Source: Camelus ferus (lineage: Eukaryota). From it: a stretch of 64,000 nucleotides of DNA. The notes under the pieces are model-generated. The model was given only the letters and a program-made list of their open reading frames with translations. It ran no database searches and was not told where the DNA came from. The stretch covers positions 25,110,001-25,174,000 of the forward strand of contig NC_045711.1 of the NCBI RefSeq assembly GCF_009834535.1, written 5' to 3'. Shown piece after piece: positions 22,936-35,149 of the stretch. Both the position numbers and the translations under genes were made by a program. Positions within the stretch are counted from its first letter, which is position 1. Each line of letters begins with the position of its first letter.

Positions 22936-24640
22936 GGTGTTTGAGGACTCCCAGGACCACCACTGGGGATCCCTAGGGGCCTACAAACTTCAAATGAGGA
23001 ACTGTTTAAGCCAATAACATGCCTCTGATGTTCAGATATGGATTTCACACCGTGTGCCTGAGGGTGTCACAGTTCCAGTATCATACGCCACCCAAAAACA
23101 AAGTGCCCTTCAGAGCTGAGAGTAGCTGGCGAGGGTAGACTCCCTCACTGTCAGCTCCCCGATGGGGAAGGACTCATGTCTATGAAGCTGGCCCCTGCTG
23201 TCTCCTTGGGTCTTGAATCTACCTTCTCAGCATCTCTTGACCTTGGCCCATAGATTCGGAAGCCTCCAGCCCCCTTGGCCAGGAAGAATAATCAGGGGGT
23301 AGGGAGGCAAGATTTAGGCATTTTGGGGTACAGGCTTTCTCCTAGATATTGGGGAAAGGTTTAGATTTCATTCCTATCCCTTAACACCAGTAGCAGCTCG
23401 TGAGGAATGAAAGTGATTGGACTGGTGCTGAGCGAAGCTTCTAGGCAGGAAGGTTAACAGTAGTCGCAGCTCAGGCTCAGAGGAGCCGAAGGGCACCCTG
23501 CGCCGACCAGACTGTCAGAGTACCCCCTTACACCTGCCGTGCATCCGGCTCCGCCAGGCTCCACAGTGACGGCCCCCTAAGGAGAAACTGGGGTCACTAA
23601 TGTCTCCGAGAACAGGCCAGGCGGGGATGGAATTCAGGCACACCCTGGTTCTGGACTCTGTTGCCCTAGGGATTTCTCCCCTGTGACTTGGATCATTTCC
23701 TCTTCAGAGTGAATCATTAACCATACCGAGGGCCCCCGCATGAGAAGCCACAGAAACGAGTGGCTGGTTGAGGCTGGAAATGCCCAGGCTGCTACCCCAG
23801 AGGGGCCAAATCCCCAGTCACGGTCCTGCCAGGGTCGCAGGGCAGGGTCCCAGACAGGGTCCAGCCTCTCCCGCCACTTCCACAATCCTGCTGGGCAGGT
23901 CAGGTGGCAGAGTCTGGATGTGAATGGGGAAAACAGCTTTCAGGAACACTAGGGAGGGTGTGGAGTGGCTCTCCACCAGGTCAGCCCCAATTCCATACCT
24001 GCTCCAGGCTGTCAAACACCAGCTGTGTGAGAAATTGCTGGGCAGCTGCCCCAGCCCCACCTGGACTTACGCCCTCAGCCTTTTTGGGGGAAGGGGACTC
24101 TGAGATAATCCTGGATTCCTTGGCTTAATTTCCCAGCCCCCAATTAAGCCAGTAACTCAGACAGAACACCTCTACCCCACGGAGTCAGGTGTCACCTTGC
24201 AGTCTGGCCACCTGCAGGGGAGGAGCCTGAGAGAAGCCACCTGGTCCAAATCCTGCCCATTCTCGGGCAACAGGGTCTTTGGGGACAGATCCCTGAGCCC
24301 CTGGTGTTGAGTCGCCAAGACTAGCCTGGAGAACCAAGGCCAGGGACCTCTGGTGGGGTCTGGGGGCTCAGGGGCGGTGGAGACCGTGCACCCTGGTCAG
24401 GAACCTCCTCTCTGGAGGCCACAGAGCCGTCCTTGTGGTGGACAGAGGTCACTTGGGGACAGAGGGGCCCACCTGTTTCCTGGGATTCCCCAGGTCCTCC
24501 CGGGAACACCGGGCGCCGCAGGTGAAGTCCAGGCAACAGGTTGGGAGGCAGGATCGCCGCCCATCCCTCAACCCCGGGCCAGGGGTCCACCCTCCTCGGC
24601 GCGCCCCTCCCCGCGGGCCCAGCCAGCGCTAGAGTCCAGC

Positions 24641-24646
24641 TTTATT
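24641..24646 (-). terminator. TRIM80: TRIM80 polyadenylation signal AATAAA
   Basis: tttatt on + strand, 9 nt after the stop codon. Confidence 0.7.
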
Positions 24647-24655
24647 TGCCGCCGC

Positions 24656-25218
24656 CTACGCCTCCCCCTCCGGGTGCTGCTTTAGCGTGACCGAGGCGCC
24701 GCTGCTGACCATGACCGCGGGGTAGAGCGGCTCCAGGAAGGCGGCGAGGAAGCGGTAGATGAGGCTCACGCCGCCCGCCACGCCGTAGAAGGAGAGGCAG
24801 CCGGCGCCGCAGTCGAGCGCCACGCCGAGCGTGCGGTGGTAGCCGCCGTGCAGCACCGTCTGCGTGTTATTGTGCCACACGGAGAACTTGAGCGAGTCCC
24901 ACTCAAGGCACCACGAGTAGGGGTTGCGGCCCAGCAGGTAGACGATGTTGCGGCGTGGGCGGCCGCTGAGCGAAGGGCTGCGGCGGTAGGTGACGCCCAG
25001 GCACACCCACGAGTTGGACACCTCGGCCTCCCAGTAGTGGCAGCCCTCGGCCAGGCCGCGCGAGCACAGCACCTGCGGCCACTGCTTGAAGCCCCGGAAG
25101 GGGCCGCCCCCGGCGTAGGGCTCCAGCAGGATGCCCAGGTTCAGCACCGAGTGGGTCTCCTTGAACAGGAACAGCTCCTCGCTGGCCGTGGCGGGGTCGA
25201 AATTCAGGTTGCAGTAAC
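24656..25218 (-). CDS. TRIM80: TRIM80 exon 6: PRY/SPRY (B30.2) domain
   Basis: CYCNLNFDPATA...WPQVLC...HYWEAEV...LGRNPYSWCLEW...LGVALDCGAGCLSFY...LYPAV. Confidence 0.92.
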
Positions 25219-28200
25219 CTGGGCCGAGGCGGATGGGAAAGGGGTCCAAGGTCAGCGGCCCCAGGACAGAGCTGGAGGAGGGAGGTGCGAAGCCCCACGG
25301 CTTTGGCATAGAAGCTGCCAAATGCTTCCACTCCCAGCTCTCAGGAGTGGCTCCCCTGTCCCCTCTCCCCCTTTAAGTCTCCAACTCTGGCCCAGGATGT
25401 GTGTGTGTGATGACATAGTCTGGAAGAATGATTAGTTGAGTGCTGTCCAAAGGTCTGCCTTCCTAGAGAAGTTGAGAACCAAGCGTCCCCCTACCCGCCC
25501 CCCCCCCCCCCCAAACCCTAACATAAGCTTCCTTTTTGTTTGTTCAGGACACAAGATTCAGTGGGACTGAGGAAGAGTCAAGAGCTCCTAGAGGAGATTG
25601 CTCAGAAGGATTCATCAAAGGCAATACAACCTTGACCCTGGAGATCTCAGAGAAATCACTGACAATTTCTCAGAGAATCACTTGGCTCCTAGTCCAGCCT
25701 GGGAGAGGAGCTGGAGGAACATCACATGAAAAAGGAGGTTGTCTGAGGAAGAGATGGACAGGGTCATCCAAGCTGGCTTGGCTAAAGTCTGGGGGAGTCT
25801 GGCAGGCACCTAGTTGAAGGTACCACACCAGGGCCAGGAGAGCTGCAGAGCTGGCCTCTGGGCAGTAGGCAGGACCTTGCCTACCTACTGGGGTGGGACA
25901 GGACAGTCTCCTCCCCTTCCTATCAGGCCTTGGAGTCACAGGCCGAATCCTTCTGAGGCCTCCAGTCTAGAGTGGGAAGTCAGGGCCGGAGAGACCTGGC
26001 ATCTCTCTGGAGCCCTGACCTGAATGGAGGTATGACTGGGTAAGTCAAGGCACCCAAGAGCCCTGCTCCTTTCTTTCCCACCTCTGGGGCTGGACCCCAG
26101 TACTGAGGACTCACACTTGAGAAGTGTTTTCCTGTCCACAGCTGGGGGCAGCACTTCATACGAGTTCATCTTAATGCCTGGGGAAGATGGAGGGGCTTTG
26201 CTGAGGGTGCTTTCACAGCCCAGCATCCTTCCAGAGAGAGGCATGGGCTTCCAGGAGGCTGAGTCACCTGGGGAAGGTGCACACAGACAGGCAGGGCTCT
26301 CTACAAGTGCCGGGAATCCCAACCACTGCCCTGTAGGGCAGTCCCACCCCCAGAATGCAGGTGAGTCTCCAGTGGCCCCAGGTCAGCAGGTACTAACCCT
26401 TCAGGAGGAGCTGGTTGATGAAGCTGAGACCCATGTCCACCAGCCGAGTCCGGAGCTCCGCCAAGGTCTCTGGCAGCTGGAGGAAGCTCTGCTTCTCCTC
26501 ACAGTTGGTGCCCATCAGGGGTTCCATGCAGGCCGGGAAGTTCTTCAGCCTGGGGAGCTCCTGTATGCAAGGAGGGGCCAGCAGTACCACGTGTTAGCCA
26601 GGGCCCAAGCAGATGCCAGGGGCTCCTGCTTATGCCAGGGGCTTAGTGGTCCCCAGAACCATGGGTCAGGGGGAAAAGTTGTCCGTTTTCAAACCTGGAC
26701 ATCTCTCTCCCCTCCTCCTAGATTTTTGGATGCCTTAGATTAGGGATATCAAAGGCACAGCAGCCATTGTGGCCTAGTGCAATAAGCAAAGCGAAGTTTT
26801 AGAAAAGGATGGGAGGGGGGTTTCTTTTGAGCCTTTAATTGCTTGGTGAAAACCTTGCCAGATGCCTCCTTTTGTGCGTGGGGGACAAGGTGAGCAATAA
26901 CCCTAGAAATCTGCTCAGGGATGTGATGGCCACTGAAGAATGAAGATCTGGGCTGGGAGTTCCCAAGCACAGGGTTTGGGCAGCCCCAGGCTCCATGCAT
27001 AGAGAAAGCTCCTGCCATCTCCCTCCCTGACCCCTATTCCTCAGCCTGGTACGCTTTTGCATCTGGGGAAGGAAAATGGATTTCACACCTGGCTGTACAG
27101 ATTGTTCTGGTCTCACTTCCATCCCTGGCTTGGAGGAGTCTGGAGAAATTTAGGTTATTCAGATTCCCCAACTGTTATGGGGAAACAAAGGCAGGAAAGT
27201 TAGGGATAGGCTGAGTGCTGAGGTGGAGGAAGAAGCCACGGGTGCTGGTATACACTCAGGACAGATGACCTAAGATAAGCACAAACCCCAAACACTGATT
27301 ATTTTATCTAAGGTTTGGGCAGCTCGGGTGTGTCTGTGTCTGTGGCTGGAGGGGCAGTGGAGGCTGTGGTGGGCCTGGGGCAGAGGTGGCATGGGGTGGG
27401 GCCTTGCCTGCAGAAATTGCTGGTCGTTCCGATTGGCGAGCAGGGTGCGGAGCCAGATGCTGTCCCCCTCCAGCTTCAGGAGCCGGTTGTGGCTCTGCTG
27501 GATGGAGCTGCCCAGCTTCCCCAGGGCGGCTGCCTCTTCCTTCTCCACGAAATCCAAGACCTTCATCTGCAGCTGTTTGACCTCCTGGATGATCTCTGAG
27601 AAGCAGCTGTTCACCTCATCCCGAGTTGTCTGGATCAATTTCTGCGGGAGTTGGGGAGGATGGTGTGTAGAGCGGCATCTCTGAGCCCCACCCCAACACC
27701 CCACTATCACGGCACGGAGCCGTCCTAGGCATCCCGTCTCTGTCTGCCTGGCCCCACACCATCCAAGCCCTGAGAGCTCCCCTCAGCCTGATCCCCGGCG
27801 CTGGGGGAGCCTGGGCCAACCTTACCGAGAGAAAGGCCACCTGCCCCCGGTGCTTCTGGCTGTCGGAAGTGATGATCAGCATCTGGTTCTCCACATTGGC
27901 CTGGACCTTCCGAACCTCAACCTGGGGTGAGAGTAGGGGGTGGAGGAGGAGAGGGCCCCTGATTCAGAGAAGTGCCCTAGGAGAACCTCTTCTGTAAGCA
28001 GCCCTGTGTCAAAGCGCAGGAGAGACGCACTTCTTACATTCCTAAGAGGTTTGAATGGAAATGAGGATGAGCAGAGCGGAAGCCCAGGGTCCACCCCCTC
28101 TGCTCTTGGTCTCTCACTCCCTGAGTGGCCCTCTCTCCAGCCTTAGGAATCAGGCTTCACAGTGATGACCATAGGGTTTCAGATCATGAGATATGTCTAC

Positions 28201-29570
28201 GGGAGGGTTCAGTGGCTTGAGAGGCCTGGGAGGCAGTGGGGTGAGGAGGGGCCCATCAGACATGGAGCCCTTGGCTCTCTGGAGCCGTGCTGCCAGGCCC
28301 AGGCAGCCATGTGTCCCCAGGTCCTTCTGCATAAGCCTTTAGTCTCACCTGTTCCAGAGGTGGGAATTTTCTTGTTTTACAATATCTTACAGGACACTGC
28401 TATTCCAAGTGCCTGTCTATGAACTGTTGCTGACCCACAACAAAATAAGAAGCTCATGCCAGACTGTAAATTAACACATTGCTTCTTTTGTTGAGAAAGT
28501 CTTGCTGTGAAAAAAGTGTCAGCTGAAGGAAACTGTGATGAATTGGCTTACATTTCGGCATGATCTCCTTGTCTTGCCAGGGACCATCAACAGGGGTTAT
28601 CTGTTATTCAATATACATGATCAAAAGTCTAGAATATAAGTATTCCATCATAGAAAGCAATACAAAGACAGCAAACAAAATTTGAAAATGGAAGATAGGA
28701 GGGGATTTGCCCCACGTGTTTGTATTTTAATTATGTTCTCTTTTAGCCTTTCCTGATTCTATGCAAAAGAATTTAAACAGGATTCATGACACACATTTCT
28801 GGATCCTCATTCATTCAACTTGCCAGCACTTTTTCATCTCATGGTATGACCCTCGTGGCTATCCCTCTACTGGCTGCATCATTTTTCTCCAAGGAAAGGT
28901 GTGCCTGGGGCTTGGGAAAGACTTCCATTTGCCGTGTCAGATTCAGGACCACGAGCCCCGCCCCCCGCCCGGCGCACGGCCTCACCTCCCTGCGGGCGCG
29001 CTCCTGCTCCAGCGGGGCGGTGTCGTGGTCCTTGTGCTCCTCCAGCAGGCAGGCCCCGCACACGCAGCAGCCTTCCGTGCGGCAGTACAGCCGCCGCAGC
29101 CTGCGGTGCTTCCGGCACAGCCGGCTCTTGAGATCCCACACGGGCTCCAACAGCTGGTGGCCCCGGAACACCTGGTCCTCAAAGTGGCTGCGCAGGTGCT
29201 TCTCGCACAGGGAGGCCATGCACTGCAGGCATGACTTGACCGACTTGAGCTTCTGGGGGGAACAGAAGTCGCAAGGCACGTCCCTAGGCCCGGCCAGGTT
29301 CCGTGAGGACCCCTTGGCCTGGGTGAAGCAGGTCACCATCTCCTCCAGGATGACATTCTTGCAGAGGCGGGGCCTGGAGGGGAAGCTCTCTCGGCACTGG
29401 GGGCAATAGAGTGTCTCGCCCACAGTAGCCTGGTGGTCCCAGCAACCTTGGAGGCAGGTCATGCAGAAGTTGTGCCCGCAGGCAGTGGTGACCGGGTGGT
29501 GGAACACCTCCAGGCAGATGGGACAGAGGACTTGGTCCTCAAATGTGTGGAGACTGTTGTCATTATCCAT
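24656..29570 (-). CDS. TRIM80: TRIM E3 ligase (RING, B-box1, B-box2, coiled coil, PRY/SPRY), spliced CDS, 567 aa; TRIM80 orthologue
   Basis: join(29570-28986, 27921-27826, 27641-27408, 26560-26398, 26177-26115, 25218-24656) = 585+96+234+163+63+563 = 1704 nt, no internal stop, TAG at 24656-24658. The 96- and 234-nt phase-0 exons are typical of TRIM16/25/47/65-like genes. Symbol comes from recalled position between KCTD2 and SLC16A5. Confidence 0.88.
26115..26177 (-). CDS. TRIM80: TRIM80 exon 5 (63 nt)
   Basis: GIKMNSYEVLPPAVDRKTLLK. Acceptor cttccccAG|, donor T|GTGAGT; phase 1-1. Confidence 0.82.
26398..26560 (-). CDS. TRIM80: TRIM80 exon 4 (163 nt)
   Basis: ELPRLKNFP...INQLLLK+G. Acceptor ttgcatacAG|, donor |GTTAGT. 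Confidence 0.85.
27408..27641 (-). CDS. TRIM80: TRIM80 exon 3 (234 nt, coiled coil), GC donor
   Basis: KLIQTTRDEV...RNDQQFLQ. Acceptor ctcccgcAG|, donor CAG|GCAAGG. Confidence 0.85.
27826..27921 (-). CDS. TRIM80: TRIM80 exon 2 (96 nt, coiled coil)
   Basis: VEVRKVQANVENQMLIITSDSQKHRGQVAFLS. Acceptor caccccAG|, donor |GTAAGG. Confidence 0.88.
28986..29570 (-). CDS. TRIM80: TRIM80 exon 1: RING + B-box1 + B-box2
   Basis: CPICLEVF..CGHNFCMTC..CPQC; CDFC..SCLQCMASLCEKH..H; CRKH..YC..CVCGAC..H..H. Donor GAG|GTGAGG. Confidence 0.93.
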
Positions 29571-30789
29571 CGGGAACTGACCTTGGGGAGGTCTTGAGGG
29601 CTGGGCAGGGGGCTGCGGGGCTGGGATGTGGTCCTGGACTGGCCCTGGGAAGACAGCAAAGCCATGCTGGAGCCAAGGCAGGAGCAGAGGGGCCTTTGAG
29701 GAGTGGAGGGGCCGGTCCTTCTCTTGGAAGTGGCTCTCTGCTCATGGGGTACAGGGACTGTGCCATCAGTCAACCCACATGGGGGCAGAAATTGGGTATT
29801 GTGTTCTCCTTGTCCCAACCCTAATTCCTGGAACAAATCCTGGACAAGAAGGTGGGTGGGCAGAAAGAAGTCACATCATGACAGGGAAAGGAGCCACTTC
29901 CAATGCTCTTCAGGAGAAAGATCAAAGCATAAGTACTTACGTGAAACCCTCTGCATGTCAAGGAGAGCCAGAGGCTTGGCTGCCCTGTGGAGGGAGGAAA
30001 AAGAGCCCTTGGATACTCAGGTGCGGGGCCCTCACCCCTGGTTCCACCTCACCAGCTGCTGGGAGGATCCCCACCTGTCCGGTGTCCCCCCACCCCAGCT
30101 CTTTATGTCTCGAGGTCTGATGACCACCTCCTCACTTTTCCCTTTGGTTGCTGTTTTGTGGTCTCCCTATCAAGTTGGCCCCACTCCTCAAGACTGCCCA
30201 CAATGTTTGCTCCCTGATGTCACAATTCAAGCGTGACCAGCCCCAGCATCCTGCTTGTGACGTCAGCAGGACAAAAGATGTGCCACCGCACATGCTGCGG
30301 CGCTGATGGGTTCTGCCTCTTCCGGGACACTCTTTGCTCCAGAGCTCCCGGACTCAGCCCAGGAGGTGGAGTCACTGCTGCACCTGGGGTCCCTTGCAGT
30401 GGACTTGGGGGACTTGCGTTACCAACCAGAGAGGGAAAATGGCAATGAAGGGGCAGTGGGACCCTGGGCAACTTGTTTAATCTCTCAGGACCATGGTTCT
30501 TCTCCTGTGAATCAACAGGGATGTTGTAGAAGATGTTATTTCAAGGCCCCTGCTTGGTCTAAAGTTGAGTGATCCAAACATTATCTGATAGGAAACATTA
30601 TCTGATTCTAAAGATTATTGCTTCCCATTCTAGTTCTGATCCTCAGAAGGAAAAGGGATGAGTGAAGCCCTGATCGCTTCTTGTCAGTCTGTTTCCCTCC
30701 CATTCTTCCCCATCTGACAGGATACATGCTCTGAAACATTTGCAACGTATCACTCTTTTGCTCCAAAAAAGTAAGCTTGGCCCTACTTA

Positions 30790-32460
30790 TTGGATAGAAA
30801 TGGAAAATCTTTTTCTCATTTTCGCATCTCAGAGGAAATATTTTTAGCATTTCTCATTAAGTATGACATTTGCTGTAAGTTTTTTGCAGATCCCTGTATC
30901 AGACTATGTAGACTCCCTTTTTTTCCTGGTTTGCTAAGAGTTTTATCTGGAATGGATGCTGACTTTTGTCTAATTATTCTTCTGCATCTTTTGATATGAT
31001 CATAAGATTTGCCTCTTTTATTCTGCTGATGTGGTAAATTTATATTTATTGATTTTCAATTTTTCTTCTTTATTCACAAAAAATTGAAGTATAGTTGGGT
31101 TACATGACTCTCAATTATTAAACCAACCTTGCATCCGGAATGAACTCTTCTTGGTCATAACAAGTTATGCTTTTTATATATATGCTATATTCCATTTGCT
31201 AATAGTTTGTTAGGACTTTTACACCTATGTTCATGAATGAGATTGGCCTGTAATTTTCCTTTATCAAGTTCTGGAGTTAAGGCATGATAGCCTCATAAAA
31301 CAAGTTGGGAACTGTTCTCATTCAGTTCTAAATATAATTTCTATTACGATTTCTTCTGTGACTCATGAGTTATTTAGGAGCACGTTGCTCAATTTCCAAA
31401 AATACAGGTATTTTCTAATGATCATTTTTTATTGTTGATTTCTAACATGGTCAATGCTGGTAATTGTTCCGCATGCACTTCAAATTCAGAACGTGTATTC
31501 TGCAGCTGTTTGATGTCCTGCTTTACATATTTCAGTAATGACATTTGCTGATCATGCTGTTAAAATCAGCTGTATGCCTATTGGGTTTTTGGTCTGTTTT
31601 AACTGAGACGTGACAAGATTCCTAGAATTATTGTGGATTTGCTTATTTCTCCTCTTAGTTCTATCAATTTTGAGGCTAGATCATTAGCTGCACACAAATT
31701 TATAATTTTTCTGTTTTCCTAGTGAAAGGTAGTTTGACCATTATTGATTTTTTATTATTCCATGTTCCCCTTCCTGTTACTTTGGTAGTTACACTTTTAT
31801 TATTATTTTTGGGGTAGTTACCTGAGACATTATAACATTCATCCATGGCTTATCAAAGTCTAATAGATAGTGTTATTTCAATCTTAGATAATGCAAACCC
31901 TTGGACTACTTTCACTTCATTTATCTCATCCCAACGTTTACTATTGTGTGTTTTAATTCTCTTTATATATTTTAGAACTATAAAGTGCTAGTAATGCTTA
32001 AATGGTCAATATCTACATCCATCAATCCATGTATTTCCCCTTTTAATTGCTCTCCACTCCTTCCTATGTCTCTAGCTTCTGGGCTCATTTCCTTCTTCCC
32101 GAGGAACACCTTTCAGGATTTCCTTCAGTATAACGTCTGCTGGTGACAAATACTTTCAGGTTTTTGGTTCTCAAAGTTGCTTTTATATCATCTTCATTCT
32201 TGAGAGATATTTTCACTGGGGATAGAATTCTAGGCTGGGAGCAACTGACTTTTCAGCACTTTGGAGAATTAATTCTACTGTCTTCTGGAATGGCTTACAT
32301 TTTTCTGTTGAGAAGCTGTCTTGATGTTGTTCCTTTGAAAGTAACCTGTCTTTTTTTCCCCCTTTACTGGTGACTTTTAAGATTTTCTCCCTATTTTATT
32401 TTCATTGGTTTTATTATTAGGTATGTTTTTATTTATCCTGCTGAGGGTTTGTAGTGATTC
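30790..32460 (-). mobile_element. Old L1 (L1M-type) ORF2 remnants
   Basis: T-rich antisense L1 motifs, e.g. ttttcctggtttgctaagagtttt, gagattggcctgtaattttcc, gatagaattctaggctgg. Boundaries approximate. Confidence 0.75.
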
Positions 32461-33367
32461 TTGAATATATGGCCGCCTGTAAGTATCTTAGTGGGGCTTG
32501 ATTCGGCTCAGCATTTCCAGCCCTCTGCCTCTGCCCAGGTTTGGATGAACCTTCCCACCGCTAGAGCAGCTGCTTGGCTGCTGCTCCTTTGCCTCCAGCA
32601 CTCCCCCCTCCCACTTGATGTTCTGCAGGACTCTGTGACTCAGCTTTGGTTGCCCAGTGCCCAGCACATTTCTGGGCATGCAGTGGCTGTGAAGCACATG
32701 GCAGCAAAGAAGTCGATGTTTGCTTGGACCCTTACAGAAGTGAAAGAGCTGAGCAACACAGGCTAACCACCCTTCCGCACCTGCCCAAAACCACACCCCT
32801 CCCCAACTTCAGGGTCTAGTTCAAGAACTCTGCGGAGCCTTTCAAAACCTCCCCCACCCCAAATATGTGCTTATTGGCTATCCATCATCATTGTGCAAAG
32901 TAGGGCATGTTTTGAAGATGTTTTGCTCTTTGATTTGCCAACTATGTAGACGATGCATGTGCAAAGGTTATCAGAATGAAATGTGAGTAGAAGCAATAGC
33001 CCAAACTCAGACATAAAGAAACCCAAGACTATCCAAGGGAACTTGCTCACAATTTTCTTACAGGAAAGCTAAGAAATACAAACTACTAGTCTTCTATCCA
33101 TTTTGTTAAGTGTTTTGCTTGAAATAATTAACAGAAAACTGACATGTTAAAGAGACTCAAATTTAAAAATGAGACTTAGATTCTGAGCTGCTAAATTTGA
33201 CTTGAAAATAAACACAGAGGAGGTAACAGCCATAAAAGAAAGCCCACAAGGGAAAAAGCTAGATCTGGGTTAAATTGAATTAAATTTCCACCATAAGATC
33301 TCACAGAAAACAATGATCTTAATGAAAACATTTTAAAGTAAAACTGATAATAGAAAAGTTTGCAACA

Positions 33368-33502
33368 GTGGGAAGAGTATAGCTCAGTGGTAGAGCACAT
33401 GGTTAGCATACATGAGGTTCTGGGTTCAATCCCCAGTACCTCCATTAAAATAAATGAATAAATAAATAAATAACCTTAATTACCTCCTCTCCGCCCCCCA
33501 AA
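33368..33502 (+). mobile_element. tRNA-Ala-derived camelid-type SINE
   Basis: gtatagctcagtggtagagcacatggttagcatacatgaggttctgggttcaatccccagtacctcc; TSD agaaaa(g/c)tttgcaaca at 33352-33367 and 33503-33518. Confidence 0.92.
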
Positions 33503-35143
33503 AGAAAACTTTGCAACATTTTATATAATTTTATAACAATTTTGCAGTGTATAAAAAACTAAGGAATTAAACTGGCTTAACAGAGTAACACCAGTTCACC
33601 CCAGGGGAAAGCTTCACTGATGAAAACCTTTCAGCGTGGTATGATTCTCATTAGAAATTTAGCTCTGAGCTGCCACCTGGACTTTGAGCAGATTTAGTGA
33701 TACTCAAACGATCTGTTGTAAACGATGCCGTATGGAGCCGCCAGCAAGCCCCAACGGGAGAATCACCGTGCAGAACTCCAGGGTTTTGGAACAGACCCAT
33801 GACTCCTTTTACAGAGAACTCTTCCCCTTTTGAGAAACAGCCCCTGCTACCTAACCATGGGAAATCAAGTGACCATGTGGCCTGAGCTGCCCATCAGGAA
33901 CTGGGTGTTGTCTAACTCACCAAGCCAATTTGAGGAGTAATTAACCTAGCCCAGAAATAGATGTGACTGTTTTTCAGACCTGGGAACGATGGCTTTTTGC
34001 ACAGGGTCTCATGTTGTGGGGAGGCTAAGAGCATCTTTGTGTAAAGAGTAGCTGTAACTTGTTACATGGAGACAAAGTTGTTTTTACCATTGCATGATGT
34101 TCAAACGTGCATAGAAGCGCGCTTACGGATGCTGAGTGGCCACAGAGGCGGCAGAGCTGGTAATTATCTCCCAGCCCCGCCCCACCCTCCAGGCTGCCCT
34201 GTGCTGCTGGGGCTGGGAAGCTGCTGCAGGGAACTTGAGGGAGACTACAAGGCTAGAGGAAAAACAGAAGAGATGTGCTCCTTCCTGGTACCAGAGAAAC
34301 CACAGCTCCGCTTGGGCAGCAACGGCTGGTTCCAGCAGCTGGTTCGTTTGCAGTTTCCCACTGTCCCAGAACCAGCCTCATCGAGTTCCGAGACGGCAGT
34401 GTCTCCAATCCAAGGCCCCTCCTCTGAGCCTCTTCCCTTTGCTTCCCAGGTCTGGGAGCAGTAACTGTGTCCTGTGATCACTGCCGCTGTGACACCCGTG
34501 TCCCCTGGGCCCTTTCCTCTCTCCACCTGTTAGCAACTGCCATGCTCTCCGCCTCTCGTTGGAGCTGTTATAGCCCCATACCTTGTTCACTAACTTTGGG
34601 TGTACACGCCATCTCGTAAGCACCCTATGGGAGGGACGGCCTAACGCGTTCTGAGGATCCTACACCCCGCAGGATGCCTTAGTGTTCAGTACTTCACTTG
34701 TTGCTTACTTGACTCTCACCTCATATCCTCGTTATTTCTTACTTATCCTCTTCCCTGCAGAGAAAACGGGCACAGATTCTCTTCTAGGAGGATTTTTTCC
34801 CTTAAAAACCATTTTATACTCCTCTCCCCATCTCCTTCTGGCTCTCCTGTGGGAAGCCCATCTGTCCCCACCGTCTGTTCCCTGACACTCTCTGGGTCCT
34901 TTCAGATTCAGTAAAATGAAAGCCAGGAGGAAGAAGGCCCAGCACCCCCTCGGGCAGTCTCACAGCAGACGTGAGGACTTTGTAAGAAGCCCCACTAGAA
35001 AAATAGAAAAGGTGCAGTGAAATTCATCTCCTGAGAACAGCTGAAGAATCATCACTAGTTAAGTGACAGCAGAAACCAAGGAGGCTGCTGTACTAGAAAA
35101 CATACACCAAAGGTTTCAAGATTTCAGAATTTTGTTTCATCTC

Positions 35144-35149
35144 TTTATT
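35144..35149 (-). terminator. KCTD2: KCTD2 polyadenylation signal AATAAA (3' UTR about 2.8 kb)
   Basis: tttatt on + strand. The intervening sequence is repeat-poor, consistent with a UTR. Confidence 0.6.

Noticed and set aside
24196-24211. 16-nt minus-strand micro-exon candidate
   Set aside because: Too short, weak donor (GTGACA), frame-shifting; likely chance.
24836-26743. Plus-strand ORFs of 199 aa (24836-25435) and 208 aa (26117-26743)
   Set aside because: Shadows of TRIM80 exons.
30797-30806. GAAATGGAAA IRF-like motif upstream of TRIM80
   Set aside because: A single short match at the edge of an L1 remnant; expected by chance.
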